Below are positions 21,296-30,048 of a stretch of 64,000 nt of DNA, one piece after another. This DNA comes from a virus: positions 32,001 through 96,000 of IMG/VR virus record IMGVR_UViG_3300025141_000025, one strand, 5' to 3'. Position 1 is the first letter of the stretch. Every line of letters starts with the position of its first letter. Position numbers and translations under genes: made by a program. The notes under the pieces are model-generated. The model ran no database searches and was not told the DNA's origin. It worked only from the letters and a program-made list of their open reading frames with translations.

Positions 21296-21786
21296 TAGCT
21301 AGTCACCACTAAAACAACTTTTACTTGTTGTCCCGTTACTTCAATTGAAGGAATGCTATATCCAACACGGATTGCAACCTGTATTATATCACCGGCTTCG
21401 GATTTTTCGATATTTGGTTCAAACTCTTGTAATTCTATAAACGGCATAAATTTATTAACTGCCGATGAAATTCTTGTTAACGCTTCCCCAATTCCAGCTT
21501 CGCTAGTTAATTCGAATGCCAAGGGTCGAAGATTTGCACCAAAATCAGTTAGCATCAAACGTTCACCGTGATTTGTTACCAATAAATTTCTTAAATTATC
21601 GGCAACTTGCACCTGTAAATCCTTTGACATTGCAAAAACTGAACCTGCGCCACCGTATTGTGCAAATGATACCGGCGTCAATATGCCAATAGGTGTTGAA
21701 GATGTTGTATCAAGAAAATTTTCTTCAAATTTATCTTGTTGCAAACCAACGGATTTAAAATCATATACTTTTGTCGCTTGCGCCAT
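21295..21786 (-). CDS. Baseplate wedge subunit, gp25/GPW family
   Basis: QVADNLRNLLVTNHGERLMLTDFGANLRPLAFE matches the gp25 TxxGERxxxPxFG motif. Confidence 0.9.
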   Translation of the reverse strand: MAQATKVYDFKSVGLQQDKFEENFLDTTSSTPIGILTPVSFAQYGGAGSVFAMSKDLQVQVADNLRNLLVTNHGERLMLTDFGANLRPLAFELTSEAGIGEALTRISSAVNKFMPFIELQEFEPNIEKSEAGDIIQVAIRVGYSIPSIEVTGQQVKVVLVVTS

Positions 21787-21800
21787 AATAAAGTCCTGAC

Positions 21801-21810
21801 ACTAAATATC
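21801..21810 (-). promoter_or_regulatory. Putative phage late promoter GATATTTAGT (copy 2)
   Basis: 14 nt upstream of the gp25 ATG, with an AGGA RBS between. Confidence 0.65.
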
Positions 21811-21832
21811 CAAAAAACCAGTTTAGCAGTTA

Positions 21833-22423
21833 CTAACCTTGTATATCTCCTAATGCGGTTCCGCCTGCTGGGTGATCTTGGCTAGTCGATGGAACTGGCG
21901 CAGTCGCAGGTGGAGGTGACAAATACCCCATGACAGTAACGCCAGCATGCACATCAAATATTAAGTCTATGATTCCTGTGAAGGCAAATTCATGAATTGC
22001 GTCTGCTATATCTTGAGCTTTTTGTTCAATAATGGCATCGGAATCGGCACCTTTTTTAGATCCGTCCTCCTTTGCTTTTTTCTTGGCTTCCTCTATTCCT
22101 ATTTTTAATTGCTCATTTGTTGGAAAAGAAAGGGCGCCGTCAGCATCATGTTCGCCGGAACCTTGACCGGGTGACACATATGTACCAGCGCCGGCGCCGG
22201 GGGCAGGACCTGCTGCTACAGCAGATTGACCAGCCTGAATTTCGTGTGATGTTATGACCTTGGCAGTTTCCATGTACTTGTGTATTGCATCAGCAAGGTC
22301 TTGGGCAAGGTCTGATATTATTTGATCCGGGTCTGCAGCACCTTTCATTCCCTCATCGCGGGCTTTTATGTGCGCATCGTAAAATTCTGTGTCTAAATCA
22401 AGTACGCCGTCTTCAAGTGCCAT
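21833..22423 (-). CDS. Hypothetical protein with two copies of a ~90-aa domain; candidate spike-tip component
   Basis: Internal repeat (KARDEGMKGAADPDQIISDLAQDLADAIHKY / KAKEDGSKKGADSDAIIEQKAQDIADAIHEF); lies between gp5 and gp25. Confidence 0.65.
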   Translation of the reverse strand: MALEDGVLDLDTEFYDAHIKARDEGMKGAADPDQIISDLAQDLADAIHKYMETAKVITSHEIQAGQSAVAAGPAPGAGAGTYVSPGQGSGEHDADGALSFPTNEQLKIGIEEAKKKAKEDGSKKGADSDAIIEQKAQDIADAIHEFAFTGIIDLIFDVHAGVTVMGYLSPPPATAPVPSTSQDHPAGGTALGDIQG

Positions 22424-22636
22424 CTTTACTCCAAAAATCCTTCACCGGTTCCACTACCAGGTGAAACAGTCATGCCTGAACAAGGAGCATCCATCTGACC
22501 GGAAGATATTGTATCATTTGTCTGAACTTTGGCTTCCAGGGTATATGTGTGCACAGCAGCTGATAGATCTGTGGCAAGGTCAGTTATTATTTGATCCGGG
22601 TCTGCCTCACCTTTCATTCCCTCATCACGGGCTTTT
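22304..22636. repeat. 64-bp imperfect direct repeat shared by two adjacent paralogues
   Basis: 22304-22367 vs 22573-22636, 59/64 identical by manual alignment. Confidence 0.85.
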
Positions 22637-22698
22637 TTGTATGCATCGCTGATTGCTGCTGCCAATGTTTCTTTTACTGCATCTAACCCTGCTGGCAT
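22426..22698 (-). CDS. Single-domain paralogue of the 196-aa protein; candidate spike-tip component
   Basis: KKARDEGMKGEADPDQIITDLATDLSAAVHTY; immediately downstream of the gp5-like gene. Confidence 0.65.
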   Translation of the reverse strand: MPAGLDAVKETLAAAISDAYKKARDEGMKGEADPDQIITDLATDLSAAVHTYTLEAKVQTNDTISSGQMDAPCSGMTVSPGSGTGEGFLE

Positions 22699-22701
22699 TT
22701 T

Positions 22702-24393
22702 TTATTCTCCAAATATTCTTTCAGACTTTACATTGGCGATATCAGGCTTAAGTTTGCTATCAATCTTTGCCTTTAGGTCAGCCGCTGCCTGTGTTAATTG
22801 TGGACTAGGGGCACCATATCCAGGTGTCACATGCCCGACAACAGTTTGACAAAATTTGCCGAGCTCTGTCATTGTGTCGTTCCACAAATCTTCCAATTCC
22901 TGGTATTTTACATACGGTTGGGACTCTCCTGCGCCTGGACCATTTCCAGCTCCGCCATCTACCTCCTTTGCCCTACCTAAATAAATTTTATTACCGCTAA
23001 TTTGAATTGTTCCATCTGGTTCAATATAAATGCATGCCAAATCCTCGGTTGGATTTCCTTCTTTGACAATTCTAATACTTCCGTTTGTTTTTCCATCGGC
23101 ATCAGCCTTGTCAGGAAGAATACTTTTTGTTGCATCAATTGGAACTTTTCTTGCTACGATCCTAATATGATCTGCTTTAACTGCAACAACAGGAGCCGCG
23201 GCTTGTGGATCGGGTTGTGTTTCAAACCCCTGTGCCTTTATCACATCCAGGCCTAATTTTTTATCAATTTCTGATTTTTCAGAAATGTAAATACGGGCTG
23301 CATCAACAAGAAAATCCGGGTCGCCTTCTGCTGGATTTGTTTTTTGATTTCCGGGATCAGAAGGGGCGCCTGTTCCCTCCTTTGCCAAATCAGATTCACT
23401 ATCCTGGTCTTGTGAAGCCGCAGGATCCTTGTCAACCTCAAATTTATCTAGTGAATTTTTAACTAAAAAAGGCGCTGTGCTGTTCTTCGGTCCGCCAACA
23501 TTTGCTTTTTTTCTTGGTTTTTTTATCTCGTTGTCGACAGTGTCAAAATACCTACCACGACCAGCGACAATATCAATAGACCCCGCTTTTTCCGACGCCG
23601 CGTCGCTAGAATTTGATGATTTTTGCTCAGACGGGCGTACTGCATGGTCAAAACCCCTGTCAATACCAAGACAGATGCTGGTATTATTCGAACCTTGTAA
23701 AACAAAATCACCTGGGCGTTTTGTCATTCTAGGGGTCGGCTCCATTATTACTTGTGCTGTTTCAACTGATTCCTTGACGATTCTTTTCATTTCGTCTTTT
23801 AGTTTTTCTTCAGTTGGAGGGGCTTTTGGATCAGCGGGCGGCGAAAGCACAAAAACACTTGGTGCTACTTCATTTGGAAAATCTTCCAACCTTTTGTCCG
23901 GGGCAACCGACGCTGTTAATAATAAATCACTTACATCTCTTGTTGGTGATGTATAGTTCACATCTTCAAGCGGCAGAATATCATGAATTCTAGAGATCCA
24001 ATAAGTTGTCGAATCACGAATATCACCAAATAAATCAGGTTTAAAAATCCAAACCTGCTCACCCGGTTTTACAGGAAGGGCAAGATGTGATGAGAAAAAA
24101 GGATAACTTACAATATCAGCATTTGTTGCTGTGCTGTTTTCATCATCAATAATTCTGGCGACAATTGAATTTCTTGGTGACTGGTAAAATAATTTTTCTG
24201 AAAACTCTGACAAAGATGTTGGTATTTCTTCAACAATTGATGGGTCGGATATTGTCTCTATCACGATTGCCCTGTTGAATATCCTAACTGCCTTTAGTGC
24301 CTCTAAATCATTTCTAATTGCTGAGGCGCCGCTGCCTTCAAACGGTGTGTTACTGACCGTCGCGTTTGCTGCGCCAATTGCGTCTTCACTCAT
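22702..24393 (-). CDS. Baseplate central spike protein (gp5/gpV/VgrG-like OB-fold plus beta-helix)
   Basis: YPFFSSHLALPVKPGEQVWIF..YW OB-fold motif; PGDFVLQGSNNTSICLG; IYIEPDGTIQISGNKIYLG; precedes gp25. Confidence 0.7.
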   Translation of the reverse strand: MSEDAIGAANATVSNTPFEGSGASAIRNDLEALKAVRIFNRAIVIETISDPSIVEEIPTSLSEFSEKLFYQSPRNSIVARIIDDENSTATNADIVSYPFFSSHLALPVKPGEQVWIFKPDLFGDIRDSTTYWISRIHDILPLEDVNYTSPTRDVSDLLLTASVAPDKRLEDFPNEVAPSVFVLSPPADPKAPPTEEKLKDEMKRIVKESVETAQVIMEPTPRMTKRPGDFVLQGSNNTSICLGIDRGFDHAVRPSEQKSSNSSDAASEKAGSIDIVAGRGRYFDTVDNEIKKPRKKANVGGPKNSTAPFLVKNSLDKFEVDKDPAASQDQDSESDLAKEGTGAPSDPGNQKTNPAEGDPDFLVDAARIYISEKSEIDKKLGLDVIKAQGFETQPDPQAAAPVVAVKADHIRIVARKVPIDATKSILPDKADADGKTNGSIRIVKEGNPTEDLACIYIEPDGTIQISGNKIYLGRAKEVDGGAGNGPGAGESQPYVKYQELEDLWNDTMTELGKFCQTVVGHVTPGYGAPSPQLTQAAADLKAKIDSKLKPDIANVKSERIFGE

Positions 24394-24771
24394 TTATTCC
24401 TCTATTTGCGAAAAAATAATGTCAGCATCGACTGTGCTTGCTTTTTCTATTTCTTTGGTGACTAGACCAGCCAAAGAAATTAATTGGTCGTTTGCCTTTG
24501 TCATCCTTTCAAGATATTTTACCAATGTAGGTCCCATCGTCACATGCTCAGATGCGCTTCCGCCTAGCTGGGCAAATGCCTGCGTAAACAAAGCACTAGC
24601 ACAAACCCTGTCATTTTTTGCATTATTATAAATTTCTAACCATAAAAATAATTTTCTTCTGTCTAGGTCTTCAATTTCAGATAATATTTCTTCAAATTCG
24701 GATATTTTTTTTGCAGCAACCTTGTCGTTTTCTAGCATTTTTTCTATTTTTTTAATTTCGTTTGCTTTCAT
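24394..24771 (-). CDS. Hypothetical helical protein
   Basis: Coupled ORF between sigma factor and spike gene. Confidence 0.6.
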   Translation of the reverse strand: MKANEIKKIEKMLENDKVAAKKISEFEEILSEIEDLDRRKLFLWLEIYNNAKNDRVCASALFTQAFAQLGGSASEHVTMGPTLVKYLERMTKANDQLISLAGLVTKEIEKASTVDADIIFSQIEE

Positions 24772-25508
24772 AGGGTGCCGCCTTTTTCCTCAACCACAAT
24801 TCTGGCATAAATTTTTCTAATTTTGCTCATTGATTTTGCAATATGTTTCTTTTCTAGGCCTGATATTTCGACCAAATAAACATAAATCGATTGCTTATTA
24901 ATAAAATCTAGTTCTTTTGCATGATCAAATAATCTTTCAACTGCACTTATCGTTATCAAATCTCGATCATCAGTCAAGTGCTCTCTGATTTTTTTAACCC
25001 TTGCGATATTTTCGGCGCGGCGCTCTGCATTTATTATAAGTTCTTCAGTTGACGGAAGCTCTATATAAGAATCGATCTGTTGCTTGAGAAGTGAGTCACC
25101 TTTTCTTGCCGTCACCTCGTCTAGATAAACGTGCTTAAAATATTTTTTTCGGTGACTATTCGTTGTATTGATTAGAAAGTTTTTTGCAACAACATTGAAG
25201 TAGCTAAATGCTTTCGAGCCCTTGGCAGGATTCCACTTATGAAGTGAATTATAAAGAAAATAACAACCCTCTTCAATTAGTTCCTGCGTATTCATAAGAG
25301 GCGATTTAAAACCATAAACATAAATGAGACTTTCAACAAGTTTCTTCATGGCCGGTAATATTTCATTGCCGTAGACTGTTTCACGTTGTTTTCGTTCTGT
25401 AGATTCTAAAAAAGTGATAATTGATACCTCAGTGTCTTTGGTAAAATACATTACACTTTTTTGACCAGGCCTACGCTTTATTCTTTTTCTTCCTTTTTTG
25501 ACTGCCAC
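24768..25508 (-). CDS. Phage RNA polymerase sigma factor (late-sigma-like, sigma70 region 2)
   Basis: QELIEEGCYFLYNSLHKWNPAKGSKAFSYFNVVAKN aligns with sigma70 region 2.2-2.3 (DLIQEG..KFDPxKGxKFSTYA) and gp55-type phage sigmas. Confidence 0.75.
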   Translation of the reverse strand: MAVKKGRKRIKRRPGQKSVMYFTKDTEVSIITFLESTERKQRETVYGNEILPAMKKLVESLIYVYGFKSPLMNTQELIEEGCYFLYNSLHKWNPAKGSKAFSYFNVVAKNFLINTTNSHRKKYFKHVYLDEVTARKGDSLLKQQIDSYIELPSTEELIINAERRAENIARVKKIREHLTDDRDLITISAVERLFDHAKELDFINKQSIYVYLVEISGLEKKHIAKSMSKIRKIYARIVVEEKGGTL

Positions 25509-25795
25509 TATTCATTTTCCTCTTTAAGTTCTGTGATATTTGATGCCAATGCTACAGCAACAGAATGAATAGAATCGCGGACAGAATCAATATCCCTTAC
25601 GACAGCTTTTACCTCAGGGCTGTCATAAAATAAGGGGCGTTCTAATATTTCCGACATTTTTTGATATTTTTCATCTATTGTGTCTAAGCACTCTTCAATT
25701 GTGTCTTCCATTCTTAAAATAGTAATGCCTAGCCTAACGTTTTTGTATAACGACAAGCACAACAACAATGCAAGAACCAAAGATACGTATATCAT
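25508..25795 (-). CDS. Small membrane-anchored coiled-coil protein
   Basis: N-terminal hydrophobic helix MIYVSLVLALLLCLSLY. Confidence 0.6.
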   Translation of the reverse strand: MIYVSLVLALLLCLSLYKNVRLGITILRMEDTIEECLDTIDEKYQKMSEILERPLFYDSPEVKAVVRDIDSVRDSIHSVAVALASNITELKEENE

Positions 25796-26970
25796 TTATC
25801 TACATGTTCCATAACTATTTGTTGAAATTTTTCCTGTAAAGCCTCATGACTATGAGACTTTTTCAAACGTTCAGATAATTCAGCAGCTGCAGTCAATAGT
25901 TTTTGATTCTCATTTACCGCTAGCTTGAGTTTTCTACAAAAATTTCCTTCCCTGGCTTGAGCCCAACTAGAGCCTGTAACAAATATTGTTCCGTCTATTC
26001 TACTGCCTGGAATTGGCATCATGTCACACGCAACCGAAGAAAAACTTTTGCCACTTAGAAATTCAGTGTGCGCTGACCAGTCTGTGGCCACTATTGGAAT
26101 TCCGGCTACAGCAGCTTCAAGTAGTGGCAGGCCAAACCCCTCACCTCGTGTTGCAGTCGCAAATACACATAATTTTGGACTTTTGTAAAGATTATTCATC
26201 TCCTCTCGCGTCATAGCACCGTGGAGCAGGTAAACTTTCGGTGACTTTGCCGGATCCTGTTTAGACATATTTTTTACTTGTCGAAGCATTTTTCTAACCA
26301 GTTCACGATCAATCGTGGTATCACGTCCTTTAGACGTTTTTACAACCAATCCAACATCAGGATTTCCTTTAAACGCCTTCATAAACCACAAAATACTACT
26401 AAGGAGATTTTTCCTATCACTTTCTGGGTTTTCACTTGTCAAGGTCCCCACCATTAAAACATTTTTAGTCGTTACAACATCCTGTAAAGGATCGGCCGAC
26501 GGTTCGTCTAACAATTGGGGAAAATATGCTTCAGGTAAAACAACTATTGGTGTTTTTTCAGTACCGTTGCCTGATCTTTCTAATGTATTTTTTGTAAATT
26601 TACTTGGGACAATTATTAGGTTCATTTTTTCACGATGAACTGTTGCCCAATCAGATGAGCACCTTGTTGTTTCTACGCCGGCTGTAACACCAATATTAAA
26701 CTTTGCCAGCGATGTATTCCACTCGTGGGGTAATTGCACTTGAAAAGATATGTCATATTGCTGTTTTGGTGTTGTAACCTTTTGCAGGATTTTATCATAC
26801 AGGCCATTTTCATAATTAGAACCTAAAATCCACGGTGTAATTCCCCAAGGCAGTGCCTCAACATCTACTTGCCAATCCGGTTGATTCATACAAAATTCAA
26901 ATATTTGCCTAGCATGAACACCGTATCCTGACTGTGTCAACAACGGGCCCCTTACCAACACTCTTTTCAT
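25792..26970 (-). CDS. Glycosyltransferase, GT4 family
   Basis: SGYGVHAR; TRGEGFGLPLLEAAVAGIPIVATDWSAHTEF (EX7E). Confidence 0.9.
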   Translation of the reverse strand: MKRVLVRGPLLTQSGYGVHARQIFEFCMNQPDWQVDVEALPWGITPWILGSNYENGLYDKILQKVTTPKQQYDISFQVQLPHEWNTSLAKFNIGVTAGVETTRCSSDWATVHREKMNLIIVPSKFTKNTLERSGNGTEKTPIVVLPEAYFPQLLDEPSADPLQDVVTTKNVLMVGTLTSENPESDRKNLLSSILWFMKAFKGNPDVGLVVKTSKGRDTTIDRELVRKMLRQVKNMSKQDPAKSPKVYLLHGAMTREEMNNLYKSPKLCVFATATRGEGFGLPLLEAAVAGIPIVATDWSAHTEFLSGKSFSSVACDMMPIPGSRIDGTIFVTGSSWAQAREGNFCRKLKLAVNENQKLLTAAAELSERLKKSHSHEALQEKFQQIVMEHVDK

Positions 26971-28247
26971 TAAATTTCCTCCAGGATAAACTTTTTATCC
27001 AGCGTATAATTTTCACACAAATCCCACAAAGACTCATGCCATTTATCAATGGTACTTTGAAGGGAAAATTCTGATTGGACATATTGGCGGGCTTTCTCAC
27101 CTAGCTTTCTTCTTTCATCAGCACCCATTTTGTACATTTTATAAAGTGCGTCGGCAACTGTGTCGGTACAGACATAATCCTCATAAATGTATGGAACCAT
27201 TTGTGACCCTACCATTGACCTCATTTCAACAGGTAATGCAATTCCATTTTCCGAGCCATCTCGATGATCAACCACCTGCCTTGTTAGACCACCCGTCTTT
27301 AGGGCAATTATGGGATTGCCACATTGCATAGATTCTAATGTACCCAGGCCAAAACCTTCGGCGTAGGCAATGTTGATGCACGAATCAGTGATATTATGCA
27401 ACACATTCATTTGTTCAAATTCCACCCTTTGGTTTGAAAATACTGTGTTTTCTACAATATCAAATGCCTCGGCACAGATTAACAAATTAGGGCCTTCAGG
27501 ATCATTGGGGTCTGTATGTAAAAGCAAAGTTGCGTCATTTTTTCCCTCTGCCTTGATTTTTTTCATGAATTTTGACCACGCCTCCATAACATCGGCAGGT
27601 CGTTTCCGGCGGGCATTTCTATTTACCCACATTACCGTAAAATGATCTTCTCGTTCCTTACCTAAAATTTGAATTTTATGTGCTTTTCTTTCCTCTAGGC
27701 TAAGAGGAAAAAACATTTCGTTTGGAAGCGCATGGGGTACAAAGTTTGCTTTGCCAGGAATTATCTCGTTAACCAGTTCATACGTAAGATGACTGTGGCA
27801 GTTCATAAGATCGGTCGCTTCATATAGAACTTTATTAAATTCCGGTGCCGGCTTGTTATCCCAAACATGCCAATAGGCAATTGGGCAAACCTTGTTTATT
27901 TCATCATGCATTTCCCACACATAAATGAAAAAACGTGGATCAGTAAAAAGCAATAATACGTCAGGTTTTTCCGCTGCGATAGCCTGTAACAGCATGTCGC
28001 GATTGCCAAAGCCGTCAATAGGCTTAATAATGAAATCAGGATTAACAACGACTGTGTCGTAATTGTTGTGCTTTACAGCAGCGCCAAACTGTCTAACAGT
28101 CCAGCATCCTTTTTCCACCAAGCCGTTGATAAGAAATCGACTTTGACAGCCCACGCCTGACGTACTAAGGGCATGGTCGGCTAGCATTAGAATTTTTTTC
28201 TTTGATTTTGTGTGTTGTACTTGCATCATAGAAATACTATCGCTCAT
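26970..28247 (-). CDS. Glycosyltransferase, GT4 family
   Basis: NRNARRKR; AEGFGLGTLESMQCGNPIIA (EX7E). Confidence 0.9.
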   Translation of the reverse strand: MSDSISMMQVQHTKSKKKILMLADHALSTSGVGCQSRFLINGLVEKGCWTVRQFGAAVKHNNYDTVVVNPDFIIKPIDGFGNRDMLLQAIAAEKPDVLLLFTDPRFFIYVWEMHDEINKVCPIAYWHVWDNKPAPEFNKVLYEATDLMNCHSHLTYELVNEIIPGKANFVPHALPNEMFFPLSLEERKAHKIQILGKEREDHFTVMWVNRNARRKRPADVMEAWSKFMKKIKAEGKNDATLLLHTDPNDPEGPNLLICAEAFDIVENTVFSNQRVEFEQMNVLHNITDSCINIAYAEGFGLGTLESMQCGNPIIALKTGGLTRQVVDHRDGSENGIALPVEMRSMVGSQMVPYIYEDYVCTDTVADALYKMYKMGADERRKLGEKARQYVQSEFSLQSTIDKWHESLWDLCENYTLDKKFILEEI

Positions 28248-28259
28248 TTAGCGACAGTA

Positions 28260-28288
28260 AAACTAACAATACAAATAATCAGGTGCAA
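28260..28288 (-). promoter_or_regulatory. Sigma70-type promoter TTGCAC-N17-TAGTTT (extended -10)
   Basis: -35 at 28288-28283, 17-nt spacer ending TGT, -10 at 28265-28260, 12 nt before ATG 28247. Confidence 0.45.
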
Positions 28289-29145
28289 TATTGCGTATTT
28301 GCAAACTCACAAAATTTACAAGACATTCTATTTTTAATGGAAAATCCCGAGTTCATTCCCTTTAGCATCCCGCTTACCATCTTATTCGCCTTTTCACGGG
28401 CTTGGGGTCCAGCGGAAACCTTGACAATAGAAACTGATTTTCCAGGTTTGCTATCTCTCTTCAGTAAAACAAAGGCAGTCTTAATTTGATGACTAGCCTT
28501 TCCTGATTCTTTCATCCAGTAATGCTTGTACAATACAAGCTGTGCCTGTACCAGGAAATCTCGCTGTTTATCGCGGTGCCATCCTCTTGGTCCTGCCGTC
28601 TTCCAATCAATGACAACATGACGACCATTTGGAAGCTCCAAAACACAGTCAATAAATCCCTTGAACTTACCTGTTTCCGTACCGTCGACATCTTCGTATA
28701 GATAATGCTCAGCAGACACAGGTTTCCATCCAGGGAACTCTTCTTCTAAGAATAAGGGTAACTGTTCTAAACTGTTTTTGGCCGACTCTAGCCACCCAGA
28801 AAGGGACACGTGTCGATACTTCCAGCCCTGTGATTCAGCTTTTTTAGTTTGTTTTTCCACAAACTCAGGTGTATCGAATCCTTTCTTTTTCCACGCGGCA
28901 CGAATTTTATCGTGAACCAAATCAATGTCAATTGGCGTTCCGTTTAAAAAGGACTCAGCTGCATCATGGACAATTGTCCCATAGTCCAAATATGGACTGT
29001 CCTCAAATGTAGAAACTTTATCAATATAAGTTAATTTATGTTTCCATGGGCATGCTTGCCACATACTAACTTCAGAATATGAAACATGTGGCTTTCCATT
29101 TTTTAAATTTGGAAGATTTTTCGAATTTTTTTCACTGGTTTCCAT
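28279..29145 (-). CDS. PD-(D/E)XK / Cas4-like (RecB-family) exonuclease with Fe-S cysteines
   Basis: SYS..ACPWKH, GTIVH, GFIDCV..IDWKT, QLVLY, C-terminal CKFCEF..C. Confidence 0.85.
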   Translation of the reverse strand: METSEKNSKNLPNLKNGKPHVSYSEVSMWQACPWKHKLTYIDKVSTFEDSPYLDYGTIVHDAAESFLNGTPIDIDLVHDKIRAAWKKKGFDTPEFVEKQTKKAESQGWKYRHVSLSGWLESAKNSLEQLPLFLEEEFPGWKPVSAEHYLYEDVDGTETGKFKGFIDCVLELPNGRHVVIDWKTAGPRGWHRDKQRDFLVQAQLVLYKHYWMKESGKASHQIKTAFVLLKRDSKPGKSVSIVKVSAGPQAREKANKMVSGMLKGMNSGFSIKNRMSCKFCEFANTQYCT

Positions 29146-30047
29146 TGTAATATTGTACCATTATTACAGGAAATTTGCACATTTTTTACAAATTTATTTA
29201 CATAATTTTCCAAATTTTTTGTTACTTTCCAATGCGTGTGTTCAGCTAGCAATGAGTTATCTGCCAAGGTGTTTCTTGCTTCGCCCGGGCGTGCAGGAAT
29301 ATACTTCTTTTCCCCTCCAAACATCACCGCTAATTCATTTATTGAATAATTGATACCTGTTCCAATATTAAAAATCCATGTTGTCTCATTTTCGCTCCAA
29401 TCTTTTTCCCCTAGTGCAGCAAAACCTAAAACTATGTCATCTACATGCGTAAAATCGCGGCGTTGTTCACCGTCACCGGTGATAGTCAGTGGTTCACCGG
29501 TTTCATATTGTCTTTCAAACACACCAACAACTGTTGCGTATGCCCCTGTTGTTGGTTGTCTATCACCATAAACATTAAAAAACCTGGCAACAACTGTGCT
29601 CATGCCATAAACCTCATGATATAATTGACACACCTGTTCACCGGTATATTTTGCAAAAGCGTACGGATTTAAAAAATGACCACCATATGCCGATGATGAA
29701 CCAGCGTATACTAGCCTGGCGCCGGCTCTGCGCGTAAATTCACAGACTTCTGCTGTACCCATTACATCAATTGACAAGTATCTCAATGGGTCATCAAATG
29801 ATGGTTGAATTCTTGCAAGAGCAGCCAGATGATACACTACATCAAATTCTTCATTTGCATATTTGACATGACTTAAATTTCTCACATCATCAATCCAGTA
29901 CCTAACGTCTTCTCTCATGTATTTTTTAGAAGATGACTCAGAACACAAGTTGTCAATCACGGTTATTTCGTACTTTTTTGTACCTGCCAAATAGTCGACA
30001 AGATTACTACCAACAAAGCCTAGGCCACCTGTTACCAATATTTTCAT
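29103..30047 (-). CDS. NAD-dependent epimerase/dehydratase (UDP-hexose 4-epimerase-like, extended SDR)
   Basis: TGGLGFVGSNL; HLAALA; SSSAYG; YAFAK (YxxxK); RFFNVYG; GDGEQRRDFTHVDD. Confidence 0.9.
   Translation of the reverse strand: MKILVTGGLGFVGSNLVDYLAGTKKYEITVIDNLCSESSSKKYMREDVRYWIDDVRNLSHVKYANEEFDVVYHLAALARIQPSFDDPLRYLSIDVMGTAEVCEFTRRAGARLVYAGSSSAYGGHFLNPYAFAKYTGEQVCQLYHEVYGMSTVVARFFNVYGDRQPTTGAYATVVGVFERQYETGEPLTITGDGEQRRDFTHVDDIVLGFAALGEKDWSENETTWIFNIGTGINYSINELAVMFGGEKKYIPARPGEARNTLADNSLLAEHTHWKVTKNLENYVNKFVKNVQISCNNGTILQWKPVKKIRKIFQI
29152..29180 (-). promoter_or_regulatory. Sigma70-type promoter GTGCAA-N17-TACAAT with extended -10, likely leaderless
   Basis: TG-G-TACAAT ends 6 nt before ATG 29145, no RBS; embedded in the 3' end of the epimerase gene. 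Confidence 0.5.
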
Positions 30048-30048
30048 T

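Noticed and set aside
19451-24393. T6SS or extracellular contractile injection system
   Set aside because: No Tss membrane complex, ClpV or eCIS gene order; context (phage sigma, PhoH, S74 fibre, late motif) indicates a phage.
28279-29145. CRISPR-Cas locus suggested by the Cas4-like gene
   Set aside because: No repeat-spacer array or other cas genes were seen; solo Cas4-like nucleases are common in phages.
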